Of a DNA stretch of 64,000 bases, positions 1-9,959 are shown in pieces (the first letter of the stretch is position 1; each line of letters starts with the position of its first letter). The stretch comes from an uncultured Christensenella sp. (GTDB taxonomy: Bacteria > Bacillota > Clostridia > Christensenellales > UBA1242). The position numbers and the translations under genes are program-made. The notes below the pieces were generated by a model. That model saw only the letters and a list, made by a program, of their open reading frames with translations, had not been told where the DNA came from and ran no database searches. The stretch lies in the NCBI GenBank assembly GCA_948466185.1, contig CAOJZM010000003.1, positions 2,578 through 66,577 of the forward strand, written 5' to 3'.

Positions 1-1
1 T

Positions 2-148
2 TTATCTATTTGGCAGGGTGTATTCTTCGAAATTGTTATGCCAATATGCGGGGCAATATTGTTTGTTTGGTTTTATGATATCTTTATGATTGCGATAAAG
101 CGTTTTAAGGTGCCTGTTGCAATCGATTTAAAGGAAGGTGAAGTTTAA
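2..148 (+). CDS. 3' end of an upstream membrane-protein gene (partial, start outside window)
   Basis: Frame open from the window edge reads [48 protein letters not shown], hydrophobic. Its TAA (146-148) overlaps the mnmA ATG (TAATG coupling). Confidence 0.4.
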   Translation, partial: LSIWQGVFFEIVMPICGAILFVWFYDIFMIAIKRFKVPVAIDLKEGEV

Positions 149-1230
149 TGCGTATCGTTGTTGGAATAAGCGGTGGGGTTGATTCGTCGGTGGCTGCTTA
201 CCTGTTAAAAAAACAGGGTCATGAGGTTATTGGACTATTTATGGTTAATTGGGAAGAGAAAGACGGGACTTGCACCGCGGAGGATGATTTCGAGGATGTG
301 AAGAGGGTGTGCAATAAGATTGGCATACCATATTTTAGCGTTAATTATTCAAAACAATATTATGACCGAGTCTTTACCTACTTTTTAGAGGAATATAAAG
401 CGGGCAGAACTCCAAATCCAGACGTGCTTTGTAATCGCGAGGTTAAGTTTGGCCCCTTCCTTGATAAAGCAATGGAGCTTGGTGCGGATATGATTGCCAC
501 AGGGCACTATGCCAAGAAGATTGAAAAGGATGGCAAATACTATCTTGTAAAGGCAAAGGATTTAAATAAAGATCAATCATATTTCCTTAACCAATTAAAT
601 CAAAAACAGCTTTCAAAGGTTATCTTTCCACTTGAAGATATAGAAAAGCCAGAGGTAAGACGAATTGCCAGCGAACTTGAACTTTCAACGGCGGACAAAA
701 AAGACTCTACTGGTATTTGCTTTATCGGAGAGCGAAACTTTAAAAACTTTTTAAAAGATTTCTTACCCGCCAAGCCGGGCGAAATAAAGGCTTTGTCTGG
801 TAAGGTTGTTGGAAAGCATGACGGGCTTATGTATTACACATTGGGACAACGTCGCGGACTGAACATAGGCGGCAGAGCGGACGGAAATGGACAAAGATGG
901 TTTGTGGTTGAAAAAGACCTTGAAAATAATATTCTATATGTGCATCAAGGGGAGGATGACTGTCTCTATACTGATGGACTTTATGCAAGTAAGATGAATT
1001 GGATACCACAACTTCCAGAAAAGAAGGAATTTGATTGTTACGCAAAATTCCGCTATCGTCAGCCAGACCAAAAGGTGCATGTAACCGTACTTAATGACAC
1101 CGATATAAAGGTAAATTTCTATGAAAAACAAAGGGCGATTACACCAGGTCAATTTGTTGTTTTGTATACAGATGACGGAATTTGCCTTGGTGGCGGTACT
1201 ATCGACAAAGCAATAAAGAACACAACATGA
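148..1230 (+). CDS. mnmA: tRNA-specific 2-thiouridylase MnmA
   Basis: 360 aa. N-terminal PP-loop [10 protein letters not shown], then [13 protein letters not shown] and STGICFIGE motifs typical of MnmA/TrmU. Confidence 0.95.
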   Translation: MRIVVGISGGVDSSVAAYLLKKQGHEVIGLFMVNWEEKDGTCTAEDDFEDVKRVCNKIGIPYFSVNYSKQYYDRVFTYFLEEYKAGRTPNPDVLCNREVKFGPFLDKAMELGADMIATGHYAKKIEKDGKYYLVKAKDLNKDQSYFLNQLNQKQLSKVIFPLEDIEKPEVRRIASELELSTADKKDSTGICFIGERNFKNFLKDFLPAKPGEIKALSGKVVGKHDGLMYYTLGQRRGLNIGGRADGNGQRWFVVEKDLENNILYVHQGEDDCLYTDGLYASKMNWIPQLPEKKEFDCYAKFRYRQPDQKVHVTVLNDTDIKVNFYEKQRAITPGQFVVLYTDDGICLGGGTIDKAIKNTT

Positions 1231-1302
1231 TGTAGGTATTACACACATTCAACATACTATATGTGGCAGAATTGGGAGGATGATAAAATATAAATAAATC
1301 GT

Positions 1303-1331
1303 TTGCCAAATTTATTGATTTATATTATAAT
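1303..1331 (+). promoter_or_regulatory. candidate sigma-A promoter upstream of tRNA-Ser
   Basis: TTGCCA (1303-1308), 17-nt spacer, TATAAT (1326-1331). About 80 nt upstream of the tRNA. Confidence 0.35.
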
Positions 1332-1411
1332 AATTAAAATCTAAAATATGAAGCGAAAGTTTCTGATTTTCGCTCCTAGTTGGAGGACCTGCTTGGGTTT
1401 TCCAGTTATGT

Positions 1412-1500
1412 GCAGAGGTGGCCGAGTGGCTTAAGGCGCACGCTTGGAAAGCGTGTGAGGTGAACAGCCTCCGCAGGTTCAAATCCTGTCCTCTGCGCCA
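1412..1500 (+). tRNA. tRNA-Ser (anticodon GGA), class II with long variable arm, CCA encoded
   Basis: Acceptor stem GCAGAGG/CCTCTGC, D-arm GCCGAGTGG, anticodon stem CACGC/GCGTG with loop TTGGAAA (anticodon GGA). Long variable arm, T-loop TTCAAAT, 3' GCCA. Confidence 0.9.
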
Positions 1501-1530
1501 AATAATTTAAAGTTGTACTTCTGAGGGGAA

Positions 1531-2088
1531 ATGATGGATAAGAATATTACGAAAAATATTGACAAGCTAAAGAAGGTAAAAGTGTTTTTGTGCATCTGCG
1601 CAACTGGCAAATCATATTTAGCTTCGATTGATTCACGTTTTGTTGATATAGACCAAGAAGAAGCTATGTATAAATTTAATTATGATAAAAACATGTCGCA
1701 AATTGAATTTTCCAAATTACAGGGTCATGGAATAATCGTTAAAAAAGACAGTGAAGACTTTATTCATAAAAGGATCTTAAATTATTTGAAAAATGGAAAA
1801 ATTATCCTTTCCGCCACACATAAACATATTTTTCGCTTTTTAGAAGAACAAAAAATTCCTTATGTTATCATTCAATATTCAGGTGCTGAGGTGGATTATT
1901 TTAAAAATCGTATGAGGCAAAGAGGAAACACAGAAGATTTTATAGAAGCAATGATTGGTGGTGGACATCGTGAAGAAGCTTATAAGAGACATAAGTCTAA
2001 TGAATATGCTACTGCGGTTTTAGATATTCACGAAAATGAGTATTTGTCTGATATTATGTGGACAATTTTTGGTAAGCCGACAGAGTAG
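1531..2088 (+). CDS. hypothetical protein with degenerate P-loop (CATGKS)
   Basis: 185-aa ORF. RBS GAGGGG at 1523-1528, so the second ATG at 1534 may be the true start. ICATGKSYL resembles a Walker A motif. Confidence 0.6.
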   Translation: MMDKNITKNIDKLKKVKVFLCICATGKSYLASIDSRFVDIDQEEAMYKFNYDKNMSQIEFSKLQGHGIIVKKDSEDFIHKRILNYLKNGKIILSATHKHIFRFLEEQKIPYVIIQYSGAEVDYFKNRMRQRGNTEDFIEAMIGGGHREEAYKRHKSNEYATAVLDIHENEYLSDIMWTIFGKPTE

Positions 2089-2239
2089 TTATATTTCATT
2101 TTGATTTTTTAAAATCAATCCAGACATTTTAAGGGAAGTCCCTAAATAGCGGTCAAATTATTTGTAATATTTAAATTAATTTTGACCTTTTATTTTAAGA
2201 ATAAACAAATCAATTCTATTAATTTAAGGGAAAGAGGAT

Positions 2240-3295
2240 ATGTGCGATACATTTGGGAAAATATTGGATAGTGGTAAACATGCGATTTTTGGAAAGAATA
2301 GTGATCGTGAAAATGATGAGCCTCAAATTGTCCAATTTATTCCAGCAATTGTGCATAAGGAGAAAAACCTTAAAACAACATATTTAGAAATAGAACAAGC
2401 AAAAGAAACTGCTGCGATATTTATTTCAAAACCCGTATGGCTTTGGGGTGCTGAAATGGGAGTTAATGAATATGGTGTTTGTATTGGGAATGAAGCATTA
2501 TATCCAAATAAATATGATAATCAAGCGATTGGCTTGCTCGGGATGGATTTAGTGCGTATTGGGCTTGAACGATCAAAAACTGCAAAAGAAGCGGTGGAGA
2601 TAATAATAAAATTTTTAGAACAATATGGACAGGGTGGCTTTTGTAGTTTAAAAAATAAAGATTTGTATGATAATGCATTTCTTATTATGGACATATATGA
2701 GTGTTATATTTTAGAAACAAAAAATAAACATTGGCTATATAAAAAAGTAAAACGAGGGTGCATATCAAATGTATTTTCTGTCACTAAACCAGATAAATTC
2801 AGCGATATAACAAATTTTAAAAAGGTATTTGAAAGAAAGGGAAAACATAGTGGAGATTATAGAATAAAACTTATGAAAAGGACTGTTAAGAAAATAAGAA
2901 ACTCGCAAGATGCTATAAGTATATTAAAATTACATAACAAGAAGGATAAGGATAATTCTATAAAAAGCAAATCAGTATGTATGCATGGGGACTACACAAC
3001 AACTGGATCAATGGTTGTTGAGTTAAAGGACGGGAAGGTCCCTCAAATATATTTTACAGCAACTTCACATCCATGCACATCTTTGTTTCTCCCATACAGC
3101 TTTGGAGAACAAATTGTAAAACCAATAAATAAAGCGAGTGAACAAGATTTTTCATTCTGGCAAACAAAGGGGAACAATTTTATAACTGACCATTTTGCTT
3201 TTCAACAAGAATTAAATGACATTCAAAACAGGATATTAAACAACAATCTTTCACTAAAGGAAAGTTTGAAATTAAGGGAGCAATTATTTAACTAA
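2240..3295 (+). CDS. Ntn-hydrolase, peptidase C69 / secernin-like (N-terminal Cys nucleophile)
   Basis: Starts MCDTF...FGKNSDRENDEPQ, matching the Met-Cys N-terminal nucleophile and GKNSDR signature of C69/secernin dipeptidases. Confidence 0.7.
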   Translation: MCDTFGKILDSGKHAIFGKNSDRENDEPQIVQFIPAIVHKEKNLKTTYLEIEQAKETAAIFISKPVWLWGAEMGVNEYGVCIGNEALYPNKYDNQAIGLLGMDLVRIGLERSKTAKEAVEIIIKFLEQYGQGGFCSLKNKDLYDNAFLIMDIYECYILETKNKHWLYKKVKRGCISNVFSVTKPDKFSDITNFKKVFERKGKHSGDYRIKLMKRTVKKIRNSQDAISILKLHNKKDKDNSIKSKSVCMHGDYTTTGSMVVELKDGKVPQIYFTATSHPCTSLFLPYSFGEQIVKPINKASEQDFSFWQTKGNNFITDHFAFQQELNDIQNRILNNNLSLKESLKLREQLFN

Positions 3296-3378
3296 ATTGA
3301 ATTGGCGTTTCTAATTATTATCGTGAATAAAAAGAAAAGTTAATGATTCCTTAAAATATTTTTAAGATGGAGTGGATT

Positions 3379-4353
3379 ATGACAGATATTTTGGAATTTT
3401 ATAAAAAGACTAGTATATTTACTGATCTAGGCAAATATAAAGCAGAGGCAGTGGACTTGTGGGAGAACAAATGTAAGAAATCTCTCAAAGAGTTATGTCA
3501 TTATCTAATGAGTGTTACTATTCATAGAGTGGTTGTTCAAGAAGCAATGAATTTTGGAAGTAAAAAGTATTGGGAATATGGCGATTTATCAAATATAGAT
3601 TTTAAAACGCCTATGTGTGAAGATGATATATTTTTGACTGCATCATCGATGTTTGCTGAAATATATAGGAGAGATGACAAAGGCTTTTACTTTGAAAGAC
3701 CTTTTGAGAACAAACTGGTTTTGACTTGTAGATATATCTCAGTATTAACAAGTGCAATCCTGAAAGCAAATGGGATCCCAACACGTTCAAGAGCCGGGTG
3801 GGCAAGATATTTAACAGAAAATAAAAATCTTGACCATTGGGTAAACGAATATTGGGATGAAAAAAAGAAACGCTGGATTATGTTTGACATGGACGATTTA
3901 TATGACAGGGATTTTATGAAATACGAACTGTATGAAAAAAATCATTTTGCTTATGAATATCTAGATTTTGGTAAAGAGCAATTCTATTCAGCCGCAGATA
4001 TGTGGATGATGTATAGAAAAGACCCAAAAATATTGGAAACCCTGCAATATGGTTCAGAAATATCAAGACCAGAAGAAATTCTGAAATATTTATTTTTAGA
4101 TTTTTGGGCTGCAATGAATATGGAATATAATTACAAGTTTAAACCAATGGCTTTTGATAAACCAATGCAGGAGTTTTCTAGGTCAGATTTGAAAGAAATT
4201 GACATGCTGGCAAAGCTCATGAGTAATATTGACAAGAATTTTGATAAATTATATAAGCTATATAATACACCTAGGTACAGAATGACAGTTTCTCCTCTTG
4301 TATCAAAGCAGAATTATGATTTATTAATCAAGTCAAAGAAATATCATGTTTGA
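3379..4353 (+). CDS. transglutaminase-like cysteine peptidase superfamily protein
   Basis: Cys (LTCRYISVLTSAILKANGIPTRSR), then DHWVNEYWD and RWIMFD fit the transglutaminase-core Cys-His-Asp pattern. GGAG lies 6 nt before the ATG at 3379; the ORF track starts at 3367. Confidence 0.65.
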   Translation: MTDILEFYKKTSIFTDLGKYKAEAVDLWENKCKKSLKELCHYLMSVTIHRVVVQEAMNFGSKKYWEYGDLSNIDFKTPMCEDDIFLTASSMFAEIYRRDDKGFYFERPFENKLVLTCRYISVLTSAILKANGIPTRSRAGWARYLTENKNLDHWVNEYWDEKKKRWIMFDMDDLYDRDFMKYELYEKNHFAYEYLDFGKEQFYSAADMWMMYRKDPKILETLQYGSEISRPEEILKYLFLDFWAAMNMEYNYKFKPMAFDKPMQEFSRSDLKEIDMLAKLMSNIDKNFDKLYKLYNTPRYRMTVSPLVSKQNYDLLIKSKKYHV

Positions 4354-4609
4354 TTTTTTGTAAAATCAAAGTGGTAAAAAGCATTAATTCCTTAATGTAT
4401 GTTTAAGCTGTTAATTTTCACGTCCTCGAAACTTGAGCGTTTTTCAAAAGTTGTAACATGGTGGAACTTGATGCTGTGCTTTCAGATTCGATTTAAAATG
4501 CATCTTTTAAAGCAGTGTAGTGGTTATATTGGAGGAATTAAGGTTTTTTGAATTTTTAAAAACCTGATTGGTTAGTCGCAAAAAATTATTTTGAAGAATA
4601 TTCAATATT

Positions 4610-5089
4610 ATGTTGAAGGAATATGACAGAGCTAAGGCAGTAAATTATGCACAACAGTGGGCACTGAAAAGCAACCCTCGATTTTATCATTTCGGTGGTA
4701 TAGGGGGAGACTGTACCAATTTCATTTCTCAGTGTCTTCTTGCAGGCGGTGCAGTTATGAATTACAATAAATACTATGGTTGGTTTTATATCAGTCAGAT
4801 AAATAGGTCACCAAGTTGGACGAGTGTGGAATATTTGGAAAGATTTCTTTTGCGTTCAAAAGGTGTGGGCATATTTGCCAAAATCGCGGATATCAACACT
4901 TTAGAAGTTGGGGATTTAATACAGTTGAGGCAAAATCCTTCACATTTCAATCATACTGTGATAATTACGAAGATTGAAAATGGGGAGATATATGTTTGTG
5001 CACATTCGAATGATGCTTTGAATAAACAACTTCGAGATTATTTCTATTTGGAGTTAAAAGGTTTACATATAGAAGGAATACAGGTATAA
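4610..5089 (+). CDS. putative amidase-domain protein (PF12671-like, Cys nucleophile)
   Basis: 159 aa. GGDCTNFISQCLLAGG and a later HNHTVII motif are typical of the Firmicute 'putative amidase domain' family. No clear RBS. Confidence 0.65.
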   Translation: MLKEYDRAKAVNYAQQWALKSNPRFYHFGGIGGDCTNFISQCLLAGGAVMNYNKYYGWFYISQINRSPSWTSVEYLERFLLRSKGVGIFAKIADINTLEVGDLIQLRQNPSHFNHTVIITKIENGEIYVCAHSNDALNKQLRDYFYLELKGLHIEGIQV

Positions 5090-5117
5090 AAAATCCCCAT
5101 AGCAATGGGGTTTTTTT
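5088..5117. terminator. bidirectional rho-independent terminator
   Basis: AAAAA-CCCCAT-agca-ATGGGG-TTTTTTT between convergent genes. Confidence 0.8.
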
Positions 5118-5126
5118 ATGTTTGTT

Positions 5127-5354
5127 TTAGACGTTGAGTAAACGACAAATTCTTCCGTTTACAATCATGAAAACAAGGTCTAAAATCCAAACAAGCCAGC
5201 CTAAGAAAATACGTACGATACCAGCAATGATTTTGCCTTCTGAGATTCTTGTGATAACACCAAAAATCCACGCAGTGAATGGGATAATTGCAAGTATTAA
5301 ACTAACAACATATCCAAGACCAAAATAATCTTTGTTTGATTTCTTCTTTGCCAT
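5127..5354 (-). CDS. small two-TM membrane protein, unknown function
   Basis: 75 aa with two hydrophobic spans. Strong RBS AAGGAGG upstream of the ATG. Confidence 0.65.
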   Translation of the reverse strand: MAKKKSNKDYFGLGYVVSLILAIIPFTAWIFGVITRISEGKIIAGIVRIFLGWLVWILDLVFMIVNGRICRLLNV

Positions 5355-5444
5355 CTTCTTCCTCCTTTATTTACATAATACAACATCGTTTCCAATTTAG
5401 CAATCAAATTTTACATATTTTTTCATGTTTTGTGATTTAATATA

Positions 5445-6005
5445 TTACAAATGTTTAAGTATTGCTCTCATTTCTTCAAGTTGGTTGGTATGTGAGGAGA
5501 TTATTCCTTCAGCAAATGTTTGCAGTGGCTCGCAAACCTCAAATTTTAGCAGGGTTTTGGCCATATTTATTGCTCCTTCATGATGGGGAATGATTTCAGT
5601 CAGGAAATCAACATTTACGTTGTTGCCTGTCTGTGAGTTTGACATGCCTTGTATCATTTTATTATAAGCATCTTGATAGCCTTTTTCATATAGATATACA
5701 TCACGAGCATGATTATCAGCCACACAATCTTCTTTAAGCATTTGCAGAGTTGCAATATCGGCTGTTTGCTCTTTTATTATATTTTTTGCAATTTCCTCAA
5801 TCTCCACATTTGTTGTATATTTAAGTATGTTTTCTGCCATTTGTATTGCTGCTTCATGATGGGGAATGATGCTGTTGATAAAGTTATGAGAAATATTATT
5901 GCCGGGAGTAATGCCTTCCATCTTTTTTCTCATTTCCTCAAATATCATATAAAATGCCTCTATGTAGTCTTTTGTGTTGTCACTCATTTTAATAATTTTA
6001 TACAT
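5445..6005 (-). CDS. DUF305-family four-helix metal-binding protein
   Basis: Duplicated IIPHHEAAIQMA / IIPHHEGAINMA motifs. GAGGTG RBS lies 6 nt before the ATG at 6005; the ORF track starts at a GTG at 6014. Confidence 0.75.
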   Translation of the reverse strand: MYKIIKMSDNTKDYIEAFYMIFEEMRKKMEGITPGNNISHNFINSIIPHHEAAIQMAENILKYTTNVEIEEIAKNIIKEQTADIATLQMLKEDCVADNHARDVYLYEKGYQDAYNKMIQGMSNSQTGNNVNVDFLTEIIPHHEGAINMAKTLLKFEVCEPLQTFAEGIISSHTNQLEEMRAILKHL

Positions 6006-6084
6006 TTTCTTCACCTCATATAAGGTATATTCTTGAAGATAATGAATTGTTAAATTTTTATGTCGAAAATTTTCAAATTGGGTA

Positions 6085-6113
6085 TTGACAAGTCAACAAT
6101 CACATGTTACAAT
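6085..6113 (+). promoter_or_regulatory. near-consensus sigma-A promoter
   Basis: TTGACA (6085-6090), 17-nt spacer, TGt-TACAAT (6105-6113, extended -10). Confidence 0.55.
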
Positions 6114-6135
6114 GGGCTCATAAAAGGGGATAAAT

Positions 6136-6735
6136 ATGAAAGGTTATTTTTATAAACACGATGCAAAATTAAAAACAAACAAAAACTATAAAAAGGCACA
6201 TACCGATAGATTTAATACATATAATTTACGTATTGGAAAGGTTAAAGAGGTTGTAATTGATATATTGAAAGATTTGTATGTTAAAGTCGATGATGCTTGC
6301 AAAGTATTTTATGCGGTTGATGATTATTTAAACCAAACATCAGCAGAAGGGATTCGTGAATTAGTTGGCAATTATATTGAAAATTTAAAATATGATGACA
6401 CTATTGATTTGCAAACAATTATTGATTCAAACAAATGTTTAGATCAGGATATGGAAGGTCTTGCAAAAGGGATGTTAAACTATAATTCTGAATTGGCAGG
6501 GGAACTTGGCTTTGGAATTAAAGGTAGAATTATTGAAAGCGGTTATAAATTTCTCTTCAATGTCAAAAAGATGGATAGATATAAGGAAGAAAATAGAATT
6601 TTACAAGCTAGAAAGTTGTCTGACCGTCAGATAAATGAAGGTAAGGCTATCTCAGCTATGTTTTCAAATCTTTATTCTTCTGATGTGGCTGTGGAGATGT
6701 TAAAAGCTATAAAGCCAATTCAGCAAGAAGGTTAA
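6136..6735 (+). CDS. hypothetical protein (199 aa)
   Basis: RBS AAGGGG, consensus promoter upstream, terminator downstream. No recognisable motif. Confidence 0.65.
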   Translation: MKGYFYKHDAKLKTNKNYKKAHTDRFNTYNLRIGKVKEVVIDILKDLYVKVDDACKVFYAVDDYLNQTSAEGIRELVGNYIENLKYDDTIDLQTIIDSNKCLDQDMEGLAKGMLNYNSELAGELGFGIKGRIIESGYKFLFNVKKMDRYKEENRILQARKLSDRQINEGKAISAMFSNLYSSDVAVEMLKAIKPIQQEG

Positions 6736-6752
6736 ATATTTAAATAACCGAT

Positions 6753-6783
6753 AAAACTGGCCTTTCCGCCAGTTTTATTTTTT
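6753..6783 (+). terminator. rho-independent terminator
   Basis: AAAACTGGC-ctttc-GCCAGTTTT followed by a T-run. Confidence 0.75.
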
Positions 6784-6816
6784 GAATTGATACAAAAACA
6801 ATAGGAAAGAGGAAAA

Positions 6817-7689
6817 ATGTTAAAACAGAACGATTTACTGACAATGTATAGAGTGCAAAATTCAAATACGCAAATAAACTATTTTTTGCCGGTTAAAAGG
6901 GTGATTGTATCCAAGTTCGGTCAACTGGAATTTAATCCTGACCAAAATAGATACATATATTTTTCGCGTACATATAAACATCATGCATATTATATTTTTC
7001 ATAAAGTTTTTGGAATAATCAAGGGAGAACTTAAAAAGGCGAAGGCAAATCCGAAACTATCGAATTTAAATTTACCAATGCAGTTTCAGTTTTTTGACTC
7101 GTATCAGAATGTTAATATCAAAGTCATAAAACAGGTGAAGGATTTTTTCAGCAATTATCTTCCTCCACAAGCAGTTGAGCTTATCACCTTTGAGTATTTA
7201 AATTGCTTTGCCAATGCATTCGAAGATTGCTGCATTAATAATAAAGTCAAAACTGAAGGGAAGCATGTGCCTGAGATATCGGACACCCGTACTTTTCAAG
7301 GTGCATATGGGATTAATGACGCATGGCTTGAACTTTTGAAATCTTGTATCGTGAAAACAAAATCTTGCAACCTCTCGATTGATAAATTTTTTGGTTTTCT
7401 TCTTGGCGATTCCTATCGGGCTAAAGTTGATCGCAAATCAATAAAAAACGTTATGAGGGCAAATCCTTTTTATTTTGAGATGCTTAATGAAGTTACATAC
7501 AAGCATCTTAAGAATCCAGACTTTTATGATAAAAACAACGTAAACTGTGTTATAAAAAGTATTGATAAAATTGAAAAGAGGAAACTTTATAACTGTCAAA
7601 ACAGAATAGTGGATGAAAGCATTTTTGAGGCTTTAAAAAGGGAAGCAAAAAAAGAAATTGAGTTAATAAGAAAAAATGAAATGATATAA
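6817..7689 (+). CDS. hypothetical protein (290 aa)
   Basis: RBS AGAGGA. No recognisable motif. Confidence 0.65.
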   Translation: MLKQNDLLTMYRVQNSNTQINYFLPVKRVIVSKFGQLEFNPDQNRYIYFSRTYKHHAYYIFHKVFGIIKGELKKAKANPKLSNLNLPMQFQFFDSYQNVNIKVIKQVKDFFSNYLPPQAVELITFEYLNCFANAFEDCCINNKVKTEGKHVPEISDTRTFQGAYGINDAWLELLKSCIVKTKSCNLSIDKFFGFLLGDSYRAKVDRKSIKNVMRANPFYFEMLNEVTYKHLKNPDFYDKNNVNCVIKSIDKIEKRKLYNCQNRIVDESIFEALKREAKKEIELIRKNEMI

Positions 7690-7692
7690 AAA

Positions 7693-7724
7693 AACAGTAC
7701 TTGAATTGGTGCTGTTTTATTTTG
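7693..7724 (+). terminator. rho-independent terminator
   Basis: AACAGTAC-ttgaattg-GTGCTGTT followed by TTATTTT. Confidence 0.6.
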
Positions 7725-7769
7725 AAATATTCTCATTTTATTATATAATCACTTTAAGAGGTGGTTGGT

Positions 7770-8159
7770 ATGGAAGAATGTATTTTCTGTAAAATTATTA
7801 AAGGTGAAATACCTTGCTATAAAATATATGAGGATGAAAACACCCTTGCTTTTCTTGATATAGCTAATGATGTCGAAGGGCATACTTTAGTGATTCCGAA
7901 AAAGCACAACCATAATGTGCTTGATTGCAGCAAAGAGATGTTACATCATGTTATGGATACCGTTCAAATTGTATCAAAACACTTTGTAGAGGATTGTGGC
8001 TATGATGGTGTCAATCTTATGAATATAAATGAGCTTGTTCCACATTTTCATATGCACATCTTTCCAAGAAAGAAAGGGGATGGGGTAAAGATTTACAGCG
8101 ACCTTTCAAATTGCGGTGCTGACCTTAAGAAAGTATGTGAGAAGTTGAGGGTGGATTAA
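7770..8159 (+). CDS. HIT-family nucleotide hydrolase/transferase
   Basis: CIFCKII N-terminus and histidine triad HFHMHIFP. RBS AAGAGGTGG lies before the ATG at 7770. Confidence 0.85.
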   Translation: MEECIFCKIIKGEIPCYKIYEDENTLAFLDIANDVEGHTLVIPKKHNHNVLDCSKEMLHHVMDTVQIVSKHFVEDCGYDGVNLMNINELVPHFHMHIFPRKKGDGVKIYSDLSNCGADLKKVCEKLRVD

Positions 8160-8162
8160 ATA

Positions 8163-8609
8163 ATGAAAAGAGTAACTTTATATACTGATGGTGCCTGTTC
8201 TGGCAATCCCGGCATAGGCGGCTATGCGGGGATTCTTCAGTATAAAAATCAAGAGAAGGTTGTAACCGGCGGTGAAAAAGAAACCACAAATAATCGTATG
8301 GAGTTGCTTGCTGTAATAACCTCACTTGAAAAAATCAAAGAGCCATGTGAAGTTGATGTTTACAGTGATTCTGCTTATGTTGTCAATGCTTTTTTAGAGA
8401 ATTGGATAGGCTCTTGGATTTCAAACAACTGGAAAACAAGTACAAAAAAAACAGTGCAGAATATAGAGCTGTGGCAACGACTTTTAGTTCAGACTGAAAG
8501 GCATAAAGTGACTTGGCATAAAGTAAAGGGGCATGCCGACAATGAACTTAATAACCGTTGCGACGCTCTTGCTCGTGGTGAGATAGAAAAGATAAAAAAA
8601 GAGATTTAA
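8163..8609 (+). CDS. rnhA: ribonuclease HI
   Basis: LYTDGACSGNPGIGGYAGIL, NNRMEL, VKGHADNELNNRCDALA: the RNase H1 catalytic DEDD pattern. Confidence 0.9.
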   Translation: MKRVTLYTDGACSGNPGIGGYAGILQYKNQEKVVTGGEKETTNNRMELLAVITSLEKIKEPCEVDVYSDSAYVVNAFLENWIGSWISNNWKTSTKKTVQNIELWQRLLVQTERHKVTWHKVKGHADNELNNRCDALARGEIEKIKKEI

Positions 8610-8657
8610 CCCGTCTATTTTAAAACCAGATGTGCAATTAAAAAAGAGCCCTAAAAA

Positions 8658-9050
8658 CTAGGACTCTTGCTCGGCACTACTTACAGCTTCTAAAGTGGGA
8701 TATTCTATAGAACTGTAGCCATTATATTCTATTAAAATTCTACCATCATCAATCTTATGTATTTCTGGATGAATTTCACTAATTTTTATATCGTGAACTT
8801 TTTTAGTGCCTAGGTGAATAGCAATAGCTCCTTCGTACTTAGAATTTGAATATTGTACAGGTTCTTCATAAGATTTTAATTTATGTAATTTTGATAAATG
8901 AGAAGTAACAAGTAAAACTTTTCTGCCTATCGGTTTTGATGAAATAACATCTGTATGCATACTAATTTGCCCATAATGTTCTTTAACCTCTAGTTCAGAA
9001 ATATTGTCTATTGCAGCGTAAAATTTTAAATTTGATACATCTTGTTTCAT
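8658..9050 (-). CDS. hypothetical protein (130 aa)
   Basis: RBS AAGGAG before the ATG. No motif recognised. Confidence 0.55.
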   Translation of the reverse strand: MKQDVSNLKFYAAIDNISELEVKEHYGQISMHTDVISSKPIGRKVLLVTSHLSKLHKLKSYEEPVQYSNSKYEGAIAIHLGTKKVHDIKISEIHPEIHKIDDGRILIEYNGYSSIEYPTLEAVSSAEQES

Positions 9051-9343
9051 AATCCATACTCCTTATATTTAATAATTTAGTTGTAACATATAAACATCAA
9101 ATTGTCAATATCCATTTTTTAATTTTAAGTCAAATTTAGTTTTTTATAATTATTATAATGATGTTCTTATTATAATAATAAGGCAAATTTCTTTCAGAAA
9201 TTGTGTCTTGTTGTTCGCACAATAATGAAACCAAAAATACTCTATCAAACTGCGATGAAGTTTTTTGTGATAGTATTAAAAAATTAAACCATTAGCCGCT
9301 TTTTATTTTATTGTATAAATGAGGCCATTTGATGCAGGACAAC

Positions 9344-9367
9344 AAAAAAGGGTAGATAATCTACCCT
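9344..9367 (-). terminator. rho-independent terminator of the 9366-9959 gene
   Basis: Minus strand reads AGGGTAG-attat-CTACCCT-TTTTTT and overlaps the stop codon. Confidence 0.7.
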
Positions 9368-9959
9368 AATCTATATTGATAAGTTTTTCATATATGCTTT
9401 CATATATGGCAGGGGCGGTACTTTTCCACTTGTGTATTGCTTCATTTGCGGATTGTCGAGAAGGTGCTTTAATTTTAAGTTCAAACATTGGCACGGAGAT
9501 AAGTGGTTCATATATACGAAGAATAACATTATAGGAGCCATCTTCATTTTTATTGTAGGTGGCAGTGTACTCTTGCGAGGATTTAACATTTAATTTGTTT
9601 ATTTGAAGGTACTGTGAAATATTTTCGCGTGTTTCAAATGGAATGCGTCTATACAGATATGATAAGCATTCTCTGCCTTCATAGGTAAGAGAATAAAGTT
9701 CTTTACCCTCGTCACCATTACCGAGTCGATACAGGAGGTTGGACTCGGTCATATCGTGTATTATTGCTTTACAATCCATATAATTTTTTATCCAAGCATT
9801 TTTAACCGAGCAAATGTCAAGGATAGAATCCTCGGTAAGAGGTATTTCCATCTTATCGAGGACAAATAACATAACAAGTTTATCCAGCACAGTTTGCTCT
9901 TTTTCTGTAAGTATTTTTTCCATTCTCTTTATTCTAACATCATTTTTTAAATCTTGCAA
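9366..9959 (-). CDS. hypothetical protein, possible PadR/DUF4364-like winged-helix N-terminus
   Basis: 197-aa ORF. The N-terminal 70 aa look like a winged helix. Start uncertain: TTG at 9959 or ATG at 9923, neither with a good RBS. Confidence 0.5.
   Translation of the reverse strand: MQDLKNDVRIKRMEKILTEKEQTVLDKLVMLFVLDKMEIPLTEDSILDICSVKNAWIKNYMDCKAIIHDMTESNLLYRLGNGDEGKELYSLTYEGRECLSYLYRRIPFETRENISQYLQINKLNVKSSQEYTATYNKNEDGSYNVILRIYEPLISVPMFELKIKAPSRQSANEAIHKWKSTAPAIYESIYEKLINID

Noticed and set aside
4354-4609. 256-nt and 315-nt (9051-9365) AT-rich intergenic regions checked for ncRNA, riboswitch or small ORFs
   Set aside because: They contain only short AT-only hairpins and 6-8 bp palindromes. 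No conserved riboswitch core and no RBS-preceded ORF was recognised.
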